Shown in pieces: positions 1 to 12,930 of a DNA stretch of 35,889 bases. The translations under genes were made by a program, and so were the position numbers. The notes beneath the pieces are model-generated. The model did no database searches and was not told where the DNA came from. It was given only the letters and a program-made list of their open reading frames with translations. Every line of letters begins with the position of its first letter. Positions within the stretch are counted from its first letter, which is position 1. Origin of the DNA: Nemertoderma westbladi (Eukaryota > Animalia > Xenacoelomorpha); the NCBI GenBank assembly GCA_032718475.1, contig JAUCBJ010005627.1:1-35889 (forward strand), written 5' to 3'.

Positions 1-979
1 ATAGAAATAAGATAATAGGCCTATCGTAAATACCGGTATATCAATTATTTTAGAATAATTGAATTTCTGAACTTTAGGGTTACTTGGTTACTTTAACTTA
101 CTTTATTACCGTTATTTAAGCAGTAATCCAACTGATATTGAGACCTAATGGTTTTATGGTAGGCCTACCCTTTATAAATCGTTAGATTTGATTTATAATG
201 TATTTATACCCGTTTTAATGGGTTTAGTCAATGTTTGAAATAAATGTTATTATTTCTGGGGTAATCACTACACAAAGAGGTGCGCTTTTAGTGAAGTGTT
301 ACGTATAGGACACTAAAACAAATAATTCTAATTTACCTAAGTTACTTAATACTACTAATTACGTACAATTCGGGTTGAGATTACAATCTCTAAATAAACA
401 CAAAAATTTACAAAAAACACAAAATACGAATTTTTAGGGTAATTTTACAAGAAGTCTACAAACCAGCCTAACAAAGGGTTAGATAACCGGTTATTACAAC
501 GGACAGGGTACTACGGTATTTGAAATAATAAGTAGTAGTAAATACACTGCGTTGTCTAGATAGGAAAATACCACCGCCTGACGACCTATAGCCGTATCGC
601 TATAGGTTCTACGTTATGTATCACGGAGTGTTCTTACCTAGAAGTTAATAGAGCTAATCGAATGTGCCTATCAACCACTTTACAACACAAATATAATGCC
701 TACACTAATTATTCTCGGAAAGCACTGTACACTAAACCCTAAATTAGGTACGAGTACTTGTACAACAGATAATCAGTAATTAAATATACTTGAACAGCTA
801 AAAGAACCACGGCATCTGCTGGAGTGACCGATGCACAAAATCACCAGTCTTTACCTACGCCAAGCAGCCCGTGTAGTACCGAGGTTAATTTAACTATAGC
901 GGTATGTATAACAAACACAATTACTGTAGGAACAAACTTGGGGACTTGAATGTTGCGAATAATCGCATAAACTCTGAAT

Positions 980-1548
980 AATAAATATTACGCTACGCGT
1001 ACAAACTACTCAAACAAAATACAGACAGAACACTGACAGACTACTATCAAGCCTAAACAAACTACGGTATATGCAGACTCCGAAATGATTAGGGAGTATG
1101 CGCGCTAACCCAGTAGTGCGACTTATTCTTTAGTTGGGGGTTTACCTTACAGCGTTCGCTGCCCCTACTGCCTAATCGTACTTAATCGGACAGATGATCT
1201 ACACACGCGGCAATCCGTTCAGAATTAATAACAGCCAGACAACTATCCAGCCTACAAATTATCTAAATAAAATTATACGCTACCCGTACAGACTTACACA
1301 AACAAAGTACAGACTAAACGATGGCAGACTACTCTCAAGCCTAAATAAACCACAGGACATGCAGACTCCGAAATGATTAGGGAGTATGCGCTCTAACCCA
1401 GTAGTGCGACTTATTCTTTAGTTGGGGGTTTACCCTACCGCATTGGCTGCCCCTACTTCCTAACCGTACTTAATCGGACAAGTGCTCTACACACACTGCA
1501 ATTCGTTCGGACTTAACAGCAATCAGACAACAGCTCAGCCTACAAATC
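980..1548. repeat. Two-copy tandem duplication, unit 288 bp
   Basis: ATGCAGACTCCGAAATGATTAGGGAGTATGCG starts at 1071 and 1359; CAGACTAC..TCAAGCCTAAA at 1037 and 1325; similarity continues to CAGCCTACAAAT in both copies. Outer ends approximate. Confidence 0.85.
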
Positions 1549-3756
1549 GTCTGTACAATCTGATCAGGCTTACACGCCTTCTGTTCAATACTGGCCTACA
1601 AATAAATAAAACTTGACAGAAATAAGTAAAATCTCAATAAAAAATCAGGGCGGCCGTTCCCTGATTAAGTACTAAGACCTACCGGTATACAACTATCAAA
1701 ATCGAATAATACTGCTGTACCTGTACTGCTGTAGGTACCGGTCCGAGTGGTTAGGTAGTCAGGCCTACTGGTACCGGTTCTGGCAGTTGGGCCTACTGAC
1801 CTATCAATGTACCGGTTGACCGGTACTTTCAACTTTATTACTTACTGCAACAAAGAAGCTATATATCCTTTAATGTTCGCGCTTTCAGACCTTTGGCAGT
1901 TTAACCCGCCAAATTAAGATGTCTTCTAGATATTAAATCGCTTTTTAGCCTATGACAAGTATTTGATTCACTACACTAGTCGAAACCAATCCGTGCGCGA
2001 CCATTCACCCGCTGGATATTCCCGGGAGATTGGGTTCGACGGTTTAATTTTGTTGCTATGTAAGCCTAATGTATTATTCGACTGACAGTATTATATAATC
2101 TCTGACAATATTATTCACCTTAGGTAATATTAACAGTTCCTTTAGGACGTGGCGCTTTATCTACTTAAACAGAGTTATGACTTAAACTACTCACAACGAT
2201 ATGGCTTAATTATAATTCACATATATGGCGCATTCTTTAGGAATGCTTCTTTAACAGACTCACTCATACACAATGCTGCACAATACTGCACACTAATCTG
2301 CCGATCTTCACTGATTTTAGTCACATATAAAAGGAACACAGACTGACTCATGTAGGGTCTATCAAATAACATTAGATTCACTTCAAACCACTTTAACATA
2401 AGTCACAATCGTTTATCTGTAACCTTTCTCTCTTACCTTCGGTATATCAAGAATATTGGGTGTCGGGGTTATTTCTCGTTATTCCAATATAATAATTCAT
2501 CAACAAATATAATGAATAACCGACAACAAATAGCAGTATGCAATATTCACAAAGCCAGTTATGCAGTACTGCAGTATGCAGTGATTACGAAATTGCAGAG
2601 TGTTTGTTTCGTCAGTTAAAGGATATATGTCCTTGTAATTAAACCTACTAGTGTTGAGCTAAAAAGCATAAAACATAAAACACTAAAAGCCGTTCTTTCG
2701 TGGCTTTGAAAAACTCGTGACTACTGCTCTATACGAGTATACCAACCACTCTTATTCCACGAAGCTCCCGTTCAACACAGAGAAAGAGCAGTGAGATAGG
2801 AAATTTTCAGTTCAGTACTCTGTGATTGGTCAAAATCAAGGCTAACTCAAAATTCTATTGGGAGATACAAAAACAAGGCTCTGACGCAACCTCCCTAGGC
2901 TTGTTGGCCGATTAAACAGAGCCCAGATGCCTGCGTACAGCAAATCAGCCAATAAGCTGGTAACTTGCACTATTTTTAGCTGTAGATCACTTTGAGAGTA
3001 TTCCCAGCGACTGGGGGGGAACTGGCCAACAAGGCAAACGAATCAGTTATCCCACAAAAGCTTTTACAGACCCTCAATACTTTATTTTTTCTATCATCTT
3101 TACATTCTGTAGTTCTACCATTCGTATTTGTAATTTTAGGAGATATTTAGTATTTAGTTTATGGCACGAGATATTTTAGGAGCATGTTACCCCTTTGACT
3201 GCTTTGCCCCTGTCAGCAGTATTGATACTTTAGGCACTACCCCCCTTTGACTGCTGCCGCTTGTTAGTAGTATTGTTACGCTAGTCTGTTAATCCACTAG
3301 CTCGTATATAAACCATATAAATCATACCGCGGCAAGTTTATGGTATTTAGGTTCATTAGCGATAGTTAGGATTTGCTGTGCAGGGATTGTTTTCCTGTGA
3401 GTTTGGTCTGTCACTGTAAACTGTACATCTGCCTCACCGGTTAGAGGCCGGGTATCTTGTTTTGTCTAGTCCGCATAGGCATTTGACTCGCCCACGTATT
3501 AGAATAGACACCAGGCTCCGTTCCACACCAGTAGTAGTTTGCATATTTAGTATCTGTTTATTTAGACACCCTGGACTGGGATTTATTGTCAGATACTGTA
3601 CGAGCCCGTATACACTACTAGATCTTACAGTAAGGTACATCGTTACTAGGATCCGGTAGGCAGTATACTACTGGACTTTGCAGTAGGGGATATTTTATAG
3701 TTTAGTATTTTTAGATTGGTAAATTATAAAGTAGACCCTGCTGGAGAGTATATAAA

Positions 3757-5060
3757 AATGACGCCGAGCGGGTTTTGAGCTGTTGGAGTATGTATTGTCC
3801 ATCGCATCCCATGTATATTTATCCACTATGGTAACGAGGGGTTGATGGTCGACGACCGCGGTAAAATGTGGGAGGCCCAACAGATATAGTCGGCATTTCT
3901 CCACAGCCCAGACGAGTGTGAGCAGTTCCAGCTCCACCACCGCGTACCGGGATTCAGTGTCGGTGACAAACCGAGAAGCGCACTCGTCGCCAGTCGGAGT
4001 CGTGGCGCTGGAGCATCGCGTATCTGAGGCTGTATAGTCGCGAGGCGTCCGTCTCCAGCACCGTGTCTAGTGCCGGGTCGTATGGTGCCAGGATGGGTGT
4101 CGTCACGAGTTGCGCCTTCGTATCTTCAAACACCCACTCATGGTCGTCGTTCCACAGGAACTGGTTCCTGGAACTGAGGAGGGGCCGAAGGTGTGCCATA
4201 GTGCTCGATATCCCGTGGGAGAAGGGAGCGAGTTGCTCCACCAACCCCACGAAGCTGCGAAGGTCAGTGATATTTGCAGGCCATGGGAACAAGGCGATCG
4301 CACGTACCTTACCGGGGTCGGCATGGACTCTGTCGCGGCCGACGAGGTATCCCACAAACTGCACCTTGGGCTGAGCGAGTTGTGTTTTCCCAGGATTGAG
4401 GGAGATGCCATGCTCGGAGCAGCGGCTGGGGAAGGCGTCGACTAAGGCGACGTGTTCCTCATATGAGTCGTCGTAGAGGAGTATGTCATCCACAACTTTC
4501 ACAAAACGTGGGAGACCTTCCAGCGCATTCACCCCGTTGGTTGTACTCATCCCCCGATGCATTAAGACCCATAACGCTTCGTATGTGTTTATAGTGTCCC
4601 CAGGGGGTTATAAACACTGTTAGGAGTTGGGACTCCGCGTCAAGGGGGACCTGCCAGTACCTGGAGGAGGTGTCGAACACGCTGAAGAACTGCGCGCTCG
4701 TGGAGACATCGGCCACTGCGAGGCGTGGGTTCGGTGTCGAGTACAGTTGTCGCTGCACCTGCGCGTTCAGGTTGCGCAAGTCGACGTGGACCCGCAGCTT
4801 TCCGTTGGGCTTGTGGGCCACAGTTAGGGGGTGAACCCACTCGGTTGCATCCGTTACGCTTTTGAGTATGCCGCGCGCGACCATGGAGTCGAGCTCCTCA
4901 TTAACCTCCTCGCGCATCGCGAATGGGATCGGTCGCAGGCTGTTGATGTGGAATGGGATCACGTTGGGCACTAGGGAAATATGCATGGGGGGGGGGGGGG
5001 GCGCCATGCATGGGAGGAAGCCAGTTCGCTCATCAAACACGTCCACAAATCTCTATGAGA
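3757..5060 (-). pseudogene. pol: Gypsy pol fragment: reverse transcriptase + RNase H, frameshifted
   Basis: RPIPFAMREEVNEELDSMVARGIL, WVHPLTVAHKPNGKLRVHVDLRNLN, FSVFDTSSRYWQVPL, VKVVDDILLY, VQFVGYLV, VLETDASRL, ESRYAVVELELLTLVWAVEKCRLYLLG, VVDHQPLV. Spread over ORFs 4486-5046, 3954-4562 and 3695-3940; ends near ILQQLKTR. Confidence 0.92.
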
Positions 5061-5306
5061 TTGCGGTCTGGAAGTCGGCTGTATAGCAACATTGCCAGGC
5101 GCCTGCTGGAGGAAGCGGAGAATTCGTGACTCGGACTCAGCTGCACGGCAGTCCGCGGCCTCGGTCTGGGCCAGCGGGATGGGCGTGAGGGAGTCGAGGT
5201 TGAGTGGCGGGGCAACGCCGCCAGTGGCCTCCTCCATGGGGTCATCGTCTCGAGCATCGTCCATGTCGGAGTCGCTGCAGTCTCGCTGTGGTTTCTTGCG
5301 TGGCAT
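5061..5306 (-). pseudogene. Probable gag N-terminal stub joined directly to the pre-RT region (capsid and protease deleted)
   Basis: ATG-initiated MPRKKPQRD... ORF begins about 160 nt downstream of the PBS-like site and runs into the RT region with no capsid, zinc knuckle or DT/SG protease motif. Confidence 0.5.
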
Positions 5307-5482
5307 CGGGGAGAGGAAAAATTCTTAACAGCCCGGATGAGTTTAGTGGGGAGGGAAGGAACCAGTGAAGGCCGTGAGGCACCCATGAGGGTCCGGCGTG
5401 GTTCAATCACTATTTACTAGTGCCGCGGGAGGGGGAGGGGTTCAGGGAACCACGTAGGGTGATCCTACACATTACTGCGTCA

Positions 5483-5665
5483 TGTATCATGCATATATCA
5501 CGTATAATATGTGGTACCGGTACACCAACTACAGTAGGGCTGTGGCTTCATGTAGGCCGCGGTGTACAGTACTACAGCAAGAAACTGGTAAGAATGATAA
5601 TGCTAGCCTAGCGCCATCTATGGGCCACAAGGCATAATAAACTACTGTATGTACAATAGCTCACA
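5483..5665 (-). repeat. Putative 5' LTR (183 bp) of the first Gypsy fragment, followed by a degenerate tRNA-Ser-like PBS (5462-5482)
   Basis: Minus strand begins TGTGAG and ends GATACA, then reads TGACGCAGTAATGTGTAGGAT, resembling TGGCGCAGTCGGTAGGAT (complement of a tRNA-Ser 3' end, recalled). No second copy in the window. Confidence 0.5.
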
Positions 5666-8600
5666 AAGAGGATCAACTCTTGATTATTTTTTGTTGGGAT
5701 GGCTTATTTACAGGGGCCCTCCCAAATATTGAATTTTGATCGTAATTAGACTAGTACTCGGGTCAACTGTTCTATAGGTAGGAATGAAAATTTCTGAAAA
5801 TTTACATTTGACAAGTTCCGTTAGAGGCACCAAGTATGGCTTCTCTCCCTTGTTCCTCTTCAGTTCCCATGCTACTAGGAACTTACTGGTCTCAACCGAG
5901 GTTGAAAGGATATTCTAGAACAGCCAGGCACGGGAATATCTCCAGAACCTGTTTACCAATGGGAAATTTCAAAAAAAATCTGTAAATTTTCTTTAGCCTC
6001 AAAAATTATATAAAGTTGGGTAAAACGTATAAACCCCCAGCATGTCTTCGGGCGTGAACCCTACTAACTACCTCCCAGGGGAGGAATATAATCAGACAAG
6101 GTTTTTCCACCGTGTTAGGCCCTGGTCCAGGCAGGCTATGTGCAGAGGAATAAATTCCTGAGAAACTCCCAACTTACTGACTTACAGGTCGGCCAAAAAG
6201 TATTTTACAAAAAAATTAGTTTTCATTCCAAACGTTCTAAAACAGTGGGGCTGATAATTATTCCTTGAGCACCGCATAATAAATCACCAACGCTCAAAGT
6301 GAAATTGCACCAAATATGCACACCACCCAATTCCAATCACCTGTATCAATGTGGTAGTTCACTTATAAGTAATGAAAATGAAAGAACTCCACCAATACCA
6401 GGCGAGGCAAGATGGAAACTTCATATGCTCACACAAAGGTACTACGATCATGATGACACAGGTTGTACTGCACTCCTGCGTGGTGGAAAAAGAGAGATGC
6501 AATGGTTAGTATTGGTAATATAAAGTAGTCACTAGTTACTTTATTAGTTGTTAAAATAATAAAGCTATTTAATAGAAATAATTAATTCCCAACGATTCTC
6601 TTAAAAATAATTTTATATTTCTGTAAAATTAAATATAGTCACATTTCAACGTTTGGGTCCGTTAGGATCCAAAGTATAGCCTCGAAAAATAATACAATCC
6701 AAAAAATTGTAACCAAAAATAGTATAGAAAATACAGTATTTTAGTCGTTTCTTATGCTAAAATACTCTGAAAAAATATAATATAAAAAACGTCTAAGAAA
6801 AGGTATAATAAAATCGATCTAAAAGTCTTATTCAAAGTCGTAACAAACTTGGTGCGGCTTCATGCTATTGGAACTTGGCAATAGTGCTGCAATACAACAG
6901 GTTACTTACTATGTGGGTGGGACCGATTGGACGCAGATAGATATCTGCTACTTTGTCCTCACGGCTAAGCAGTTGGTCCAGGATGAAATGAGAAGCCAGC
7001 GGGCAGAGTGCGCAAGCACCAGAGGGTTGGTTGGCCAAAACTCTGTCCTCTGTGGGAACCCTAACCACACTCCTAGACCCCACTATTGCCAGGAGAGGCA
7101 AAGTGGGAATAGGAAGAATAGTGTGGTCCGATTGCCGAGAGGCAGAGCCAAGATAGCATGCCTAGGGCTGCCATCCACAAGGCCAGATGTAACTGACTGT
7201 TAAATTCGTGAAATACTGCCCCTTATAAACCCGGTATTCGGGGTCAATATGGAGTTGACCCCTAATTATCACTTGCTAAGGAAGTTGTCTTTCATGAGCA
7301 AGGGTTATGTTAAACACATGTAAATCATAATTTTTTGTTGATATTGACTGTCAACTGACCAATAACTGCAACTTCTATCATTGAGTTTTATTGGGTACAA
7401 TAAGGACTAAAGCAATAGGAAAGAAGGGTACATTGATTAGGTAAGGCTCTCCCATTGGGTGATGGTTATTAACAGGGATGCTGGACGATGTTATAGTTTA
7501 GCTAACTGGAGGGTTTATAGGTGATTGAAGGTGACTGATTAGGGAAGGCCGTTGTACTGTATATTGAAAGGCGAAGGCAGGGGGTTTTGAAATGAGGGAA
7601 GCAGAAGGAAATAATTATGTGAATAATTATTGCATTTAAAATCAGAATCATGAGGGAGCGTATTTTTTGTAGTATTACCTACGAAGGCCCGAAAAATCGA
7701 TTGCAACCTTGCTAACTGTTGCAATTATGAAAAAAGCCTGGTGGGACAGTACGTGTAATCCGTACAGGCTGAATGCCATCCAGTCTGATGTCACAACACA
7801 ACAAAATACCTACAGTAGGTTGTCCTAAATAGTGTAGCTGTCCTAGCACAACAAACAGAATAACGGTTAAAGATAGGCCTTGGTTAAGGACATAGTAGTA
7901 GTGGAGCGGTTGAGCGGCCCATCCAGCCAATAATTGTTCACAAACAAAAATACTTAAATAACACAGTAAAATTTGATAAAATAAATAATAGTCTACTGTC
8001 CCATTTAAATGAGGTAATACTAGTAGTAATACTGTAATCATAATTCGTTGCATTAATAGATGTGTACCGTAACCATAAAATCATAAGATTGATAAATCAT
8101 ATAATAATTTCTAGTATTAATAAGTGACATTAATAGTAAATTATGTTATCTGAATACATAATGTTATCCAAGCACCAGAAAACATAAATCATAACATTAA
8201 ACTGTATTTACGCTGGGAAAAATAATTCATGCATTAATGTATTCATGCAAGGAATAATAATTCATTACATTCTTTGCCGTTACCCTAAGGTGTGAAAAAA
8301 TAATTTAAGACTTTGTGCATGTATGCACATAAAGAACCTGCATTTATATTATTAAAGCATGAAAATAGATTTTGTAAATTTGAGAAGTCAAGTGCTTCGT
8401 GCTGTGCTGTCTAAGTGGTAGGGATAGGGGGCAGTGAAGGAGGGTGTGTTCTTCATTTTGAATAGAGGAACCGTCGCAAATACAGACACGCATTTCCGGC
8501 GGGGTACGACACCACCGGCCAGTTTCTATAACACGTAGGCGGTTTAGAGGGATCCGTCAGTAGTCTGGTAAAGTACATATATAGGCCTAAGGTTTAAGAC

Positions 8601-9176
8601 ATGAATATATATGATGTCTCATGAGGTTAGGGTTTATCACAGTGCGGTACGTGTGAACTTCGTTGCTAATATTGGATAGGCGAGGCGGCCATACGGGATT
8701 TACGGGGAGGTTGTCAAGATGGTTGTAGTCGAGGGACTCCATTAATATACGGTATCCAAGGGTGTTAGCAGTTCGACACAGATTGAATACTTGGTGCAGG
8801 GGGATGTTAGCGTTTACTGGCTGAAAGGGCATACAAGGCTCAGTGGTGTCCAAAATACTCTTAATATGTTAAAAATGTAATACAGGGTGCACACAGTACG
8901 TTTAATTGGTTGTAATATAAATAATTAAACTATATCAGGTTTAGCAAATTAAGTCCAATTTTACGTCACGGACGGAAAATAGTTTGAGGTCCTATATCTT
9001 AAAAAGTTTAAGAACGTATGAACTTAATTTTTTGCCTACGCTACAGAAATGCCAGAAATTAGAACTTATCAGCATTTCAGAGACAGAAAACCACTACGAA
9101 TTAAAACAATAACTTTTGGTGATTTTTTTCAGTCATGGACGGAATTCTAATTCCAAAATTGTTCAAATTCACCTAG

Positions 9177-9817
9177 TGTAAGCGGATTCAATTCCCTTAC
9201 ATTACCCACCCAAAAATGGGACCATTGGCATTTTACCAATATAGTTGGCGATACGAGATTACCAATAATAATCTCGCCTCATAACCAACTCGGGGGGGGG
9301 GGGGGGCGACACAGGCCCTAAAGCCACAGAGAGAGGTGAGAGGTCAAACCACCTCGGAGGGAGAACACAGCTAGTTGAGGCTAGCAGTAGGGGGTAACAC
9401 CTACAGGGAGTGCCAAAGTGACAATTAGTATATAAGCCAATAGCAGGCAGGGGAGCACGTGGGGAAAGATAGGAAAGCATAGGTAAAAGTAGAGGTAAAA
9501 CCAATATGTATGTGTATCAATCATATATTTACTCTGATTACTGGTTTACCAGTCAGTTCACTAATCACATAGCTAGAGACCGGTAATAGTTTCTACCGTC
9601 ATTTCGTATACTGCTGTTATCATTCTGTATTGCAATTTCTACTGTTATCTGTTATACATTCTGTGCTATTATCATTGGAACATTAACAATGAGAAACACA
9701 AACTCTTCTGTTATTTTCCCGATGGCCTTCAGCCAAAGGTATTAGTTCAGCAGCCCAGCAGCAAAGTGATGCGTACAACCTAACCCGGTCAGGATCATTG
9801 AACTCAATCCCGTCACA
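9177..9817 (+). repeat. Bel/Pao 5' LTR (641 bp)
   Basis: Direct repeat of 15228-15814 with TG...CA ends; has about 70 extra bp, including a G-run, near 9290-9362. Confidence 0.95.
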
Positions 9818-11539
9818 GTAGAAACTACCGACAAAAACAGCCATGACCATAACGAAAAAGATGAGTGAAGGACACCAGACGCCCCGAGAATCAGAAGGAT
9901 AAAGAACGCCGCCACGGACCCTGGACGACACCGCAACCAAATGATCCGAGAGGCCGCGACAAAACGATACCGGCCTGCCACCCCTGATGCGCCAATGAGG
10001 GATACCCAAGCGGAGGGCAGCCGACAACAACGAGGAGGGAAAGTCAACGACGAGTCGACGCGGGATGATGACGTCGGTCGGAGTACCGAAGTCGCCGGCC
10101 AGCCACAGGCCGAGGGCGACGGACGGCCCACCGGAACGGCGACGGTGGGGCCGCCGGTACGATGCCAGACGAGGAGGGAAGGTAGAGTCAACGAGGAGGA
10201 CGTCGGGACAAGTGATCGCCTGAGACGGGCGTACAACGCCACAAAGAAACTACTAAAAGAGGCTAAGGAGGGGAGAAAGGTAGACCAGCCTAAACTATAC
10301 CAGAGGCTAGGTGAGTCGAATAAACATTATCGTTACTTAGTCCGTTTTGGACAGGGAGAACTGGCGAGTGAGAGAGCGCGGGGGGTCGCCACAGAACTGA
10401 TTGAATTGTGGCGGTCCGAGGTAATGGAACCAGATGTGGTGTACGTAGGGCCTTACTTAGTGGATGCCAGGGGAATTAAGTTAGTGGGATGGGCAGACCC
10501 GCCCGATGGCAAATCCGAGGTTAACCCCGAGGATTCGGTGTCGTCGGTTAGTAGGAACCCCAGTAAACGGGGGAAAATTAGTAGGACAGAGAGGCGACAG
10601 AAGTCCGTCGTGACCGATAAGTCCGCTACATCCTCCGCGAAAGCAAGAAGGGTGTTAGAGATAAATCTGGCATGTCAACTAGACATTGTGGCGCTGGATC
10701 AAAAGGAATTGGAAATGCAGTTATATGAGGGAACTGCGCTGTTAGAGAGGGAGAGGGAATTAGTGAGAGAGTTTAAAGAGAGGGCCGAGAGGGTGGCGAG
10801 ACACTATAGAGAACGAGAGGAGAGAGAAATAAACGAGCGCAAAGAGCGAGAGACGAGGGAAGAGAATTAGCACAAAGAGCGAGAGGTGAGGGAAGAGAAT
10901 GAGTGCAAAGAGCGGGAAGCGAGGATGGCTGAGAGGATTGAGAGAGAAGTGAATGAGCGCAGAGAGCGGGAGGCGAGAGAGGTGAACGAGTGTAGAGAGC
11001 GGGAGGCGAGGAAGACAGAATTAGCCAACCAGAGTATGAGAGAGAATAAAGAAAGAGAGAGGACGGGCAAGCGCTTGCAGGACAAAATGTATACCAGGTT
11101 GAGAGGGTTAATGCAATACCAAGCGAAACAAAAGCGCCGGTTTAAACTAACGCGAATGGGTTTATCGGAGAGTGAGGCTTGTTCAGGTAGTATTTATGAG
11201 GAACCAGAGGTGATGGAAACCTTTGTTAATGCCCCACTTACAGGTACCGGACAACAGACCCAAGACCGTACAGACGGGGGTAACAACAATACGCTTGGTG
11301 AAGTTAGTATTAATAGTACCGTAATAGATAACCCTAATCAAACCTTTCTTACAGGAAATAATATTTTACCCGGTAATAATAATCCTAATTTAAATGTGCA
11401 AAATAATTTAAATAATAATATAAATAATATCGAACAAAATAATTTAAATAATTTAAACAATAATTCAAATAATAATGCCACTAATAACGGGGTAGTAAAC
11501 CAGGGCGAAATTATTAACGGTGAAATTAATACAAACGTA

Positions 11540-11680
11540 GGGGGAATAAACAAGCCGGCCAATGAGAGCCTGGAAGGCCACGCAGTTGCACAGGGAGGAA
11601 CGGGGGTGAATAAACCCAACAATGAGATTCTGCAAGGCCACGCAGTTGCGCAGGGAGGAGCGGGGGTGAATAGACCCAAA
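11540..11680 (+). repeat. 60-bp coding tandem repeat, about 2.3 copies
   Basis: AAGGCCACGCAGTTGC recurs 60 nt apart; peptide G.NKP.NE.L.GHAVAQGG. Confidence 0.85.
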
Positions 11681-11814
11681 GAGGGTAGAGACAATGCGTC
11701 AACAAGAGGGCAAAGTAAGAGGTGATGGGTGGTGGGGGGTGACGCAACCAGTTAGTGACGGGTGGTGGGGGGGGGGGGGCTACAGGCACCCCACCGCAAC
11801 TAGTAAGTGACGAG

Positions 11815-12075
11815 ATGGGGGGGGGGGCAGAGAATGTCCCACAAGCATCGACGGGTAATGTGCGCGGTGAGTTGAGTGAACCGTGGTACCCGACGACGGA
11901 CGAGAGGGGGGGGGGGGCAGAGAATGTCCCACGAGCGTCGGCGGACAATGCGCACAGTGAGTTAAGTGAACCGTGGCACCCGACGGCGGGGAGAAGGAGG
12001 GGGGCAACAGACGCCCCACAGGCATCAGCAGTAAATGCGCACGGTGAGTTAAGTGAACCATGGCACCCGAAGACA
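11815..12075 (+). repeat. 87-90-bp coding tandem repeat, 3 copies
   Basis: AGTGAACC at 11875, 11965 and 12052; peptide ELSEPW three times. Confidence 0.85.
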
Positions 12076-12930
12076 GAGGAGAATAGAAGGGCGGCGAATA
12101 TTTACGAGGCCGTGCAACTGGGTAAAGGGAAAAGCGTTCATACCGTGAGCGGCCACATGAGGCAACGTCGAGCCCACTCGGGAGACGGAAGGAGAACGAT
12201 AGAGTTCATCCGGGAGGTCGATACGAGACCTCATGAACGTAGGTATAACGCCGGGAGTAGAGGATGCGAGGATGGCGATAGAGATGAGCAAGAAAATGTT
12301 GCTACGAGCAACTGGAAGGGAAGGATGGACAGTGAACTGTCAGTAGTCGAGATGGAGACAGAGAGCCGGTGGGGTCATACTCCGGGAGATTGCCGTCGCC
12401 CCGGAGAAACACAACCTGGTGAAATATACCACACACCGGGAGAGGGGTACAGAGTGTACTGGTATGACGATGAAGACAGAAGAGGGGATTGAAGAGAAAC
12501 TTCCCGTCAGAGCGTAGCTGCCGATCGAGAATATGGCAGTCGCGGGGAGGACTTCTTGGAATATTCGAGAAGATTAGACTTCGGTCCGGAAGGACACAGG
12601 CAGACTGTAGGACATACTGTAGGTCTTACTGCACATACTATAGGCCATGCTGGGAGAGATAGTGTAGGCGATAGGGTAGCGTGGACAACGGGATTAAACC
12701 CGGAGGTCGCGGCGTACATACCGGTCGGTAGGCAAGAAGTGGATAGGCCTATACCGGTACCTGCACACCAGTATGACTATAACAAGCAGGGATATAATGT
12801 ATACCCAGGGGAGGGAGGGGGGGGGGGGGTATTGCCGATAGGTGCATGGGCCCTAACATGATAACATCAACCCCAGTACCAAACATAACATCGGTGGGGG
12901 GGGGGGGGGGGGCAGGGTGACATTCCCCCA

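Larger units (their letters stand above)
3757..5665 (-). mobile_element. Truncated, internally deleted Ty3/Gypsy LTR retrotransposon (putative 5' LTR, gag stub, RT-RNase H; no integrase or 3' LTR seen)
   Basis: GC-rich island in AT-rich DNA. RT and RNase H motifs lie in three minus frames, with a TG...CA-bounded segment and a PBS-like sequence upstream. Confidence 0.85.
9941..12492 (+). pseudogene. Disrupted long N-terminal (gag-position) ORF of the Bel/Pao element: E/R-rich coiled coil, Asn-rich tract, peptide repeats
   Basis: ORFs 9941-10870 and 10886-11725 are in the same frame, separated by one TAG inside an 11-aa EREAREVNECR-type repeat; 11755-12492 continues in another frame near G-runs. 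No canonical gag motif recognised. Confidence 0.6.

Noticed and set aside
1740-1810. GGTCCGAGTGGTTAGG resembles a tRNA D-arm / A-box
   Set aside because: No GTTCRA T-arm at tRNA spacing and no cloverleaf could be built.
2820-3290. CCAAT-like boxes and a duplicated CCCCTTTGACTGC (about 52-bp period), PPT-like on the minus strand, suggesting an LTR
   Set aside because: No second LTR copy, PBS or TSD in the window.
4063-5328. Several plus-strand and off-frame ORFs of 65-125 aa
   Set aside because: Shadows of the GC-rich Gypsy sequence; no independent motifs.
5700-8860. Short ORFs such as 6862-7203, 7712-8053 and 8587-8853, and a GGGGTCAA/TTGACCCC hairpin near 7240
   Set aside because: No recognisable domain or convincing exon structure; left unannotated.
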